Assembly (NCBI RefSeq): GCF_009914755.1
Contig: NC_060928.1
Length of the DNA stretch: 64,000 nt
Source: the human T2T-CHM13v2.0 reference genome, Homo sapiens
Strand: one strand, 5' to 3'
Shown here: piece by piece, positions 55,701 to 64,000 of the stretch
How positions within the stretch are numbered: the stretch's first letter is position 1
How the letters are laid out: each line of letters opens with the position of its first letter
Translations under genes and position numbers: made by a program
The notes under the pieces: model-generated
What the model was told of the DNA's origin: nothing
The model's input: the letters and a program-made list of their open reading frames with translations, nothing else
Database searches by the model: none

Positions 55701-56166
55701 AACATTCCCTTTCATAGAGCAGGTTTGAAACACTCTTTCTCTAGTATCTGGAAGTGGGCATTTCAAGCGCTTTCAGGCCTATGGAGAGAAAGGAAATACC
55801 TTCAAATAAAAACTAGACAGAAGCATTCTCAGAAACTTATTTGTGATGTGTGTCCTCAACTAACAGAGTTGAACCTTTGTTTTGATACAGCATTTTGGAA
55901 ACACTCCTTTTGTAGAATCTGCAGGTGGATATTTGGATAACTTTGAAGATTTCGTTGGAAACCGGAATATCTTCATATAAAATCAAGACAGAAGCATTCT
56001 CGGAAACATCTCTGTGATGTTTGCATTCAACTCAGTAGAGTTGAACACTTCCTTTCATAGAGCAGGTTTGAAACACTCTTTCTGCACTACCTGGAAGCGG
56101 ACATTTCGAGCGCTTTGAGGCCTATGGTGAAAAAGGAAATATCTTCTCATAAAAACCAGAAAGAAG
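52764..56166 (+). repeat. Structural-variant HOR17: 20-mer, 3,403 bp, with monomer N duplicated
   Basis: N-type monomers (AACCTTGG...GATATGTGGATAGCTCTGAAG) start at 54974 and 55145; the ORF step 52865 to 56268 is 3,403. Confidence 0.93.
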
Positions 56167-59100
56167 CATTCTCAGAAACTTCTTTGTGTTGTGTGTACTC
56201 AAGTAACAGTGTTGAACCTTCCTTTTGACACAGCAGTTTTGAAACACTCTTTTGGTAGAATCTGCAAGTGGATATTTGGATAGCTTTGAGGATTTCGTTG
56301 GAAACGGGTTATCTTCATATAAAATCCAGACAGGAGCATTCTCAGAAACTTCTTTGTGCTGCATGTCCTCAATTCACAGAGCTGAACCTTTGTTTGGATA
56401 CAGCATTTTGGAAACATTCCTTTAGTAGAATCTGCAAGTTGATATTTAGATAGCTTTGAAGATTTCGTTGGAAACGGGAATATCTTCATAGAAAATCTAG
56501 ACGGAAGCATTCTCAGAAACTGCTTTGTGATGTTTGCATTCAAGTCACAGAGTTGAATATTCCCTTTTATAGAGTAGGTTTGAAACACTCTTTCGGCACT
56601 ACCTGGAAGTGGATATTTCGAGCTCTTTGAGGCCTATGGTTAAAAGGAAATATCTTCCCATAAAAACTAGACAGAAGCCGTCTCAGAAACTTGTTTGTGA
56701 TGTGTGTATACAACTACCAGAGTTGAACATTTCTGTTACAGAGCAATTTTAAAACACTCTTTTTGTGGAATCTGAAAGTGGATAATTGGATAGCTTTGTG
56801 GATTTCGTTGGAAACGGGATGACGTATAAAATCTAGAGAGAAGCATTCTCAGGAACTTCTTTCTGATGTTTGCATTCAAGTCACAGAATTGAACATTCCT
56901 TTTCATAGTGCAGGTTTGAAACACTCTTTCTGTAGTATCTGGAAGTGGACATTTCAAGCGCTTTCAGGCCTACGGGGAGAAAGGAAATATCTTCAAATAA
57001 AAACTAGACAGAAGGATTCTCAGAAACTTATTTGTGATGTGTGTCCTAAACGAACACAGTTGAACCTTTGTTTTGATACAGCATTTTGGAAACACTCCTT
57101 TTGTAGGATCTGCAGGTGGATATTTGGATAGATTTTAAGATTTCGTTGGAAACGGGAGTTTCTTCATAGAAACTCAAGACAGATGCATTCTCAGAAACAT
57201 CTCTGTGATGTTTGCATTCCACTCATAGATTTGAAAACTTCCTTTCATAGAGCAGGTTTGAAACACTCTTTTTGTAATATTTGGAAGTGGACATTTGCAG
57301 CGCTTTGAGGCCTATGGTGAAAAAGGAAATATCTTCTCATAAAAACCAGAAACAAGCATTCTCAGAAACTTCTTTTTGATGTGTGTACTCAAGTAACAGA
57401 GTTGAACCTTCCTTTTGACACAGCAGTTTTGAAACAATCTTTTTGTAGAATCTGCAAGTGGATATTTGGATAGCTTTGAGGATTTCGTTGGAAACGGGAT
57501 ATCTTCATATAAAATCTAGACAGAAGCATTCTCAGAAACTTCTTTGTGCTGTATGTCCTCAATTAACAGAGTTGAACCATTGCTTGGATACAGCGTTTTG
57601 GAAACATTCCTTGAGTAGAATCTGCAAGTTGATATTTAGATAGATTTGAAGATTTCGTTGGAAAAGGGAATATCTCCATATAAAATCTAGAGGGAAGCAT
57701 TCTCAGAAACTGCTTTGTGATGTTTCCATTCAAGTCACAGAGTTGAATATTCCCTTTTATAGAGCACGTTTGAAACACTCTTTCTGCACTATCTGGAAGT
57801 GGACATTTCGAGCGCTTTGAGGCCTATGGTGAAAAAGGAAATATCTTCCCATAAAAACTAGACAGAAGCATTCTCAGAAACTTGTTTGTGATGTGTGTAT
57901 TCAACTAACAGAGTTGAACTTTTGTTTTTACAGAGCCGTTTTAAAACACTCTTTTTGTGGAATCAGAAAGTGGATATTCGGATGGCTCTGAGGATTTCGT
58001 TGGAAGCGGGATTACATATAAAATCTAGAGAGAAGCATTCTCAGGAACTTCTTTGTGATGTTTGCATTGAAGTCACAGAATTGAACATTCACTTTGATAG
58101 AGCAGGTTTGAAACACTCATTCTGTAGTATCTGGAAGTGGACATTTCAAGCGCTTTCAGGCCTATGGTGAGAAAGGAAATATCTTCGAATAAAAACTAGA
58201 CAGAAGCATCCTCAGAAACTTATTTGTGATGTGTGTCCTCAACTAACAGAGTTGAAACTTTGTTTTGATACAGCATTTTGGAAACACTCTTTTTGTAGAA
58301 TCTGCAGGTGGATATTTGGATAGCTTAGAGGGATTCGTTGGAAAGGGGATATCTTCATATAAAATCTAGACAGAAGCATTCTCAGAAACTTATTTGTGAT
58401 GTGTGTCCTCAACTAACAGAGTTGAACCTTGGTTTTGATACAGCATTTTGGAAACACTCCTTTTGTAGAATCTGCAGGTGGATATGTGGATAGCTCTGAA
58501 GATTTCGTTGGAAACGGGAATTTCTTCATATAAAATCAAACAGAAGCATTCTCAGAAACTTCTCAGTGATGTTTGCATTCAGCTCATGGAGTTGAACACT
58601 TCCTTTCATAGAGCCGGTTTGAAACACTCTTTCTGCACTACCTGGAAGAGGCCATTTCGAGCGCTTTGAGTCCTATGGTGAAAAAGGAAATATCTTCTCA
58701 TAAAAACCAGAAAGAAGCATTCTCAGAAACTTCTTTGTGTTGTGTGTACTCATGTAACAGTGTTGAACCATCCTTTTGACAGAGCAGTTTTGAAACACTC
58801 TTTTTGTAGAATCTGCAAGTGGATATTTGGATAGCTTTGAGGATTTCGTTGGAAACGGGATGACATATAATATCTAGAGAGAAGCATTCTCAGGAACTTC
58901 TTTGTGCTGTTTGCATTCAAGTCACAGAATTGAACATTCCCTTTCATAGAGCAGATTTGAAACACTCTTTCTCTAGTATCTGGAAGTGGGCATTTCAAGC
59001 GCTTTCAGGCCTATGGAGAGAAAGGAAATACCTTCAAATAAAAACTAGACAGAAGCATTCTCAGAAACTTATTTGTGATGTGTGTCCTCAACTAACAGAG

Positions 59101-59398
59101 TTGAACCTTTGTTTTGATACAGCATTTTGGAAACACTCCTTTTGTAGAATCTGCAGGTGGATATTTGGATAGCTTTGAAGATTTCGTTGGAAACCGGAAT
59201 ATCTTCATATAAAATCAAGACAGAAGCATTCTCGGAAACATCTCTGTGATGTTTGCATTCAACTCAGTAGAGTTGAACACTTCCTTTCATTGAGCAGGTT
59301 TGAAACACTCTTTCTGCACTACCTGGAAGCGGACATTTCGAGCGCTTTGAGGCCTATGGTGAAAAAGGAAATATCTTCTCATAAAAACCAGAAAGAAG
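56167..59398 (+). repeat. Canonical 19-mer HOR18
   Basis: 3,232-bp spacing (ORF 56268 to 59500). Confidence 0.94.
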
Positions 59399-62300
59399 CA
59401 TTCTCAGAAACTTCTTTGTGTTGTGTGTACTCAAGTAACAGTGTTGAACCTTCCTTTTGACACAGCAGTTTTGAAACACTCTTTTGGTAGAATCTGCAAG
59501 TGGATATTTGGATAGCTTTGAGGATTTCGTTGGAAACGGGTTATCTTCATATAAAATCCAGACAGGAGCATTCTCAGAAACTTCTTTGTGCTGCATGTCC
59601 TCAATTCACAGAGCTGAACCTTTGTTTGGATACAGCATTTTGGAAACATTCCTTTAGTAGAATCTGCAAGTTGATATTTAGATAGCTTTGAAGATTTCGT
59701 TGGAAACGGGAATATCTTCATAGAAAATCTAGACGGAAGCATTCTCAGAAACTGCTTTGTGATGTTTGCATTCAAGTCACAGAGTTGAATATTCCCTTTT
59801 ATAGAGTAGGTTTGAAACACTCTTTCGGCACTACCTGGAAGTGGATATTTCGAGCTCTTTGAGGCCTATGGTTAAAAGGAAATATCTTCCCATAAAAACT
59901 AGACAGAAGCCGTCTCAGAAACTTGTTTGTGATGTGTGTATTCAACTAACAGAGTTGAACATTTCTGTTACAGAGCAATTTTAAAACACTCTTTTTGTGG
60001 AATCTGAAAGTGGATAATTGGATAGCTTTGTGGATTTCGTTGGAAACGGGATGACGTATAAAATCTAGAGAGAAGCATTCTCAGGAACTTCTTTGTGATG
60101 TTTGCATTCAAGTCACAGAATTGAACATTCCTTTTCATAGTGCAGGTTTGAAACACTCTTTCTGTAGTATCTGGAAGTGGACATTTCAAGCGCTTTCAGG
60201 CCTACGGGGAGAAAGGAAATATCTTCAAATAAAAACTAGACAGAAGGATTCTCAGAAACTTATTTGTGATGTGTGTCCTAAACGAACACAGTTGAACCTT
60301 TGTTTAGATACAGCATTTTGGAAACACTCCTTTTGTAGGATCTGCAGGTGGATATTTGGATAGATTTTAAGATTTCGTTGGAAACGGGAGTTTCTTCATA
60401 GAAACTCAAGACAGATGCATTCTCAGAAACATCTCTGTGATGTTTGCATTCCACTCATAGAGTTGAAAACTTCCTTTCATAGAGCAGGTTTGAAACACTC
60501 TTTTTGTAATATTTGGAAGTGGACATTTGCAGCGCTTTGAGGCCTATGGTGAAAAAGGAAATATCTTCTCATAAAAACCAGAAACAAGCATTCTCAGAAA
60601 CTTCTTTTTGATGTGTGTACTCAAGTAACAGAGTTGAACCTTCCTTTTGACACAGCAGTTTTGAAACAATCTTTTTGTAGAATCTGCAAGTGGATATTTG
60701 GATAGCTTTGAGGATTTCGTTGGAAACGGGATATCTTCATATAAAATCTAGACAGAAGCATTCTCAGAAACTTCTTTGTGCTGTATGTCCTCAATTAACA
60801 GAGTTGAACCATTGCTTGGATACAGCATTTTGGAAACATTCCTTTAGTAGAATCTGCAAGTTGATATTTAGATAGACTTGAAGATTTCGTTGGAATAGGG
60901 AATATCTCCATAGAAAATCTAGAGGGAAGCATTCTCAGAAACTGCTTTGTGATGTTTCCATTCAAGTCACAGAGTTGAATATTCCCTTTTATAGAGCACG
61001 TTTGAAACACTCTTTCTGCACTATCTGGAAGTGGACATTTCGAGCGCTTTGAGGCCTATGGTGAAAAAGGAAATATCTTCCCATAAAAATTAGACAGAAG
61101 CATTCTCAGAAACTTGTTTGTGATGTGTGTATTCAACTAACAGAGTTGAACTTTTGTTTTTACAGAGCCGTTTTAAAACACTCTTTTTGTGGAATCAGAA
61201 AGTGGATATTCGGATGGCTCTGAGGATTTCGTTGGAAGCGGGATTACATATAAAATCTAGAGAGAAGCATTCTCAGGAACTTCTTTGTGATGTTTGCATT
61301 GAAGTCACAGAATTGAACATTCACTTTGATAGAGCAGGTTTGAAACACTCATTCTGTAGTATCTGGAAGTGGACATTTCAAGCGCTTTCAGGCCTATGGT
61401 GAAAAAGGAAATATCTTCGAATAAAAACTAGACAGAAGCATCCTCAGAAACTTATTTGTGATGTGTGTCCTCAACTAACAGAGTTGAAACTTTGTTTTGA
61501 TACAGCATTTTGGAAACACTCCTTTTGTAGAATCTGCAGGTGGATATGTGGATAGCTCTGAAGATTTCGTTGGAAACGGGAATTTCTTCATATAAAATCA
61601 AACAGAAGCATTCTCAGAAACTTCTCAGTGATGTTTGCATTCAGCTCATGGAGTTGAACACTTCCTTTCATAGAGCCGGTTTGAAACACTCTTTCTGCAC
61701 TACCTGGAAGAGGCCATTTCGAGCGCTTTGAGTCCTATGGTGAAAAAGGAAATATCTTCTCATAAAAACCAGAAAGAAGCATTCTCAGAAACTTCTTTGT
61801 GTTGTGTGTACTCATGTAACAGTGTTGAACCATCCTTTTGACAGAGCAGTTTTGAAACACTCTTTTTGTAGAATCTGCAAGTGGATATTTGGATAGCTTT
61901 GAGGATTTCGTTGGAAACGGGATGACATATAATATCTAGAGAGAAGCATTCTCAGGAACTTCTTTGTGCTGTTTGCATTCAAGTCACAGAATTGAACATT
62001 CCCTTTCATAGAGCAGATTTGAAACACTCTTTCTCTAGTATCTGGAAGTGGGCATTTCAAGCGCTTTCAGGCCTATTGAGAGAAAGGAAATACCTTCAAA
62101 TAAAAACTAGACAGAAGCATTCTCAGAAACTTGTTTGTGATGTGTGTATTCAACTAACAGAGTTGAACTTTTGTTTTTACAGAGCCGTTTTAAAACACTC
62201 TTTTTGTGGAATCAGAAAGTGGATATTCGGATGGCTCTGAGGATTTCGTTGGAAGCGGGATTACATATAAAATCTAGAGAGAAGCATTCTCAGGAACTTC

Positions 62301-63647
62301 TTTGTGATGTTTGCATTGAAGTCACAGAATTGAACATTCACTTTGATAGAGCAGGTTTGAAACACTCATTCTGTAGTATCTGGAAGTGGACATTTCAAGC
62401 GCTTTCAGGCCTATGGTGAGAAAGGAAATATCTTCGAATAAAAACTAGACAGAAGCATCCTCAGAAACTTATTTGTGATGTGTGTCCTCAACTAACAGAG
62501 TTGAAACTTTGTTTTGATACAGCATTTTGGAAACACTCTTTTTGTAGAATCTGCAGGTGGATATTTGGATAGCTTAGAGGGATTCGTTGGAAAGGGGATA
62601 TCTTCATATAAAATCTAGACAGAAGCATTCTCAGAAACTTATTTGTGATGTGTGTCCTCAACTAACAGAGTTGAACCTTGGTTTTGATACAGCATTTTGG
62701 AAACACTCCTTTTGTAGAATCTGCAGGTGGATATGTGGATAGCTCTGAAGATTTCGTTGGAAACGGGAATTTCTTCATATAAAATCAAACAGAAGCATTC
62801 TCAGAAACTTCTCAGTGATGTTTGCATTCAGCTCATGGAGTTGAACACTTCCTTTCATAGAGCCGGTTTGAAACACTCTTTCTGCACTACCTGGAAGAGG
62901 ACATTTCGAGCGCTTTGAGTCCTATGGTGAAAAAGGAAATATCTTCTCATAAAAACCAGAAAGAAGCATTCTCAGAAACTTCTTTGTGTTGTGTGTACTC
63001 ATGTAACAGTGTTGAACCATCCTTTTGACAGAGCAGTTTTGAAACACTCTTTTTGTAGAATCTGCAAGTGGATATTTGGATAGCTTTGAGGATTTCGTTG
63101 GAAACGGGATGACATATAATATCTAGAGAGAAGCATTCTCAGGAACTTCTTTGTGCTGTTTGCATTCAAGTCACAGAATTGAACATTCCCTTTCATAGAG
63201 CAGATTTGAAACACTCTTTCTCTAGTATCTGGAAGTGGGCATTTCAAGCGCTTTCAGGCCTATGGAGAGAAAGGAAATACCTTCAAATAAAAACTAGACA
63301 GAAGCATTCTCAGAAACTTATTTGTGATGTGTGTCCTCAACTAACAGAGTTGAACCTTTGTTTTGATACAGCATTTTGGAAACACTCCTTTCGTAGAATC
63401 TGCAGGTGGATATTTGGATAGCTTTGAAGATTTCGTTGGAAACCGGAATATCTTCATATAAAATCAAGACAGAAGCATTCTCGGAAACATCTCTGTGATG
63501 TTTGCATTCAACTCAGTAGAGTTGAACACTTCCTTTCATTGAGCAGGTTTGAAACACTCTTTCTGCACTACCTGGAAGCGGACATTTCGAGCGCTTTGAG
63601 GCCTATGGTGAAAAAGGAAATATCTTCTCATAAAAACCAGAAAGAAG
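59399..63647 (+). repeat. Structural-variant HOR19: second 25-mer, 4,249 bp
   Basis: K at 61101 and 62118 (+1,017); fused M/N at 61439-61608; same junctions as HOR14. Confidence 0.93.
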
Positions 63648-64000
63648 CATTCTCAGAAACTTCTTTGTGTTGTGTGTACTCAAGTAACAGTGTTGAACCT
63701 TCCTTTTGACACAGCAGTTTTGAAACACTCTTTTGGTAGAATCTGCAAGTGGATATTTGGATAGCTTTGAGGATTTCGTTGGAAACGGGTTATCTTCATA
63801 TAAAATCCAGACAGGAGCATTCTCAGAAACTTCTTTGTGCTGCATGTCCTCAATTCACAGAGCTGAACCTTTGTTTGGATACAGCATTTTGGAAACATTC
63901 CTTTAGTAGAATCTGCAAGTTGATATTTAGATAGCTTTGAAGATTTCGTTGGAAACGGGAATATCTTCATAGAAAATCTAGACGGAAGCATTCTCAGAAA
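63648..64000 (+). repeat. Partial HOR20 (monomers A, B and the start of C)
   Basis: Matches 37-389 apart from a few SNVs; the array continues past the window edge. Confidence 0.95.

Larger units (their letters stand above)
1..64000 (+). repeat. Alpha-satellite (alphoid) centromeric HOR array, 19-mer of 3,232 bp; probably human chr4 active array D4Z1/S2C4H1L
   Basis: Alphoid motifs (CATTCTCAGAAACTT, GAGTTGAAC, TTTGAAACACTCTTT, TTCGTTGGAAACGGGA, CTATGGTGAAAAAGGAAATATC) recur every 166-172 bp. Identical ORF translations recur at a 3,232-bp step (138, 3370, 6602, 9834...). The alpha-satellite call is certain. The chr4 assignment rests on recalled HOR size and is less certain (about 0.8). Confidence 0.99.

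Noticed and set aside
69-63991. About 230 short ORFs (61-140 aa) on both strands
   Set aside because: They recur at the HOR period and overlap on opposite strands. Many begin at GTG/TTG (e.g. GTG at 138). They are freely broken by a frameshift (13863) or a stop (39741) and show no recognisable domain. They are translations of satellite DNA, not genes.
1-64000. CRISPR-like or other novel repeat-spacer system (conserved motifs at regular spacing)
   Set aside because: The sequences between motifs are homologous parts of alphoid monomers rather than unique spacers, and there are no associated genes.
1-64000. L1/Alu insertion, inversion, or HSat/monomeric interruption
   Set aside because: All length changes are explained by -1, +171 and +1,017 bp of alphoid sequence. 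There is no poly-A tail or foreign sequence, and every box lies on the same strand.

Overview
All 64 kb is primate centromeric alpha-satellite DNA, almost certainly human: ~171-bp monomers in one orientation, organised as a highly homogeneous 19-monomer higher-order repeat (HOR) of 3,232 bp. There are 19 complete units plus part of a 20th. The 19-mer/3.2-kb period and dense CENP-B boxes best fit the active chromosome 4 array D4Z1 (S2C4H1L); that assignment is from recall, not a database search. I see no genes, RNA genes, transposons, inversions or CRISPR arrays, and every ORF in the track is a periodic artefact of the repeat. I found no new gene-based system. The informative signal is the array's recombination history. 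(i) The 19-mer is built as 7+8+4 from an ancestral heptamer. (ii) A ~15.8-kb block is recently duplicated at a 19,391-bp offset, with smaller nested duplications. (iii) Two copies of a 25-mer variant HOR carry a 1,017-bp 6-mer insertion with a fused monomer. (iv) A 20-mer variant is the reciprocal type of event at the same monomer pair. (v) Out-of-register gene-conversion tracts are present. (vi) Point changes fall in the dead CENP-B boxes and spare the core bases of the intact ones. I label monomers A-S in window order, starting at the CATTCTCAG motif at position 37. All comparisons were made by eye.
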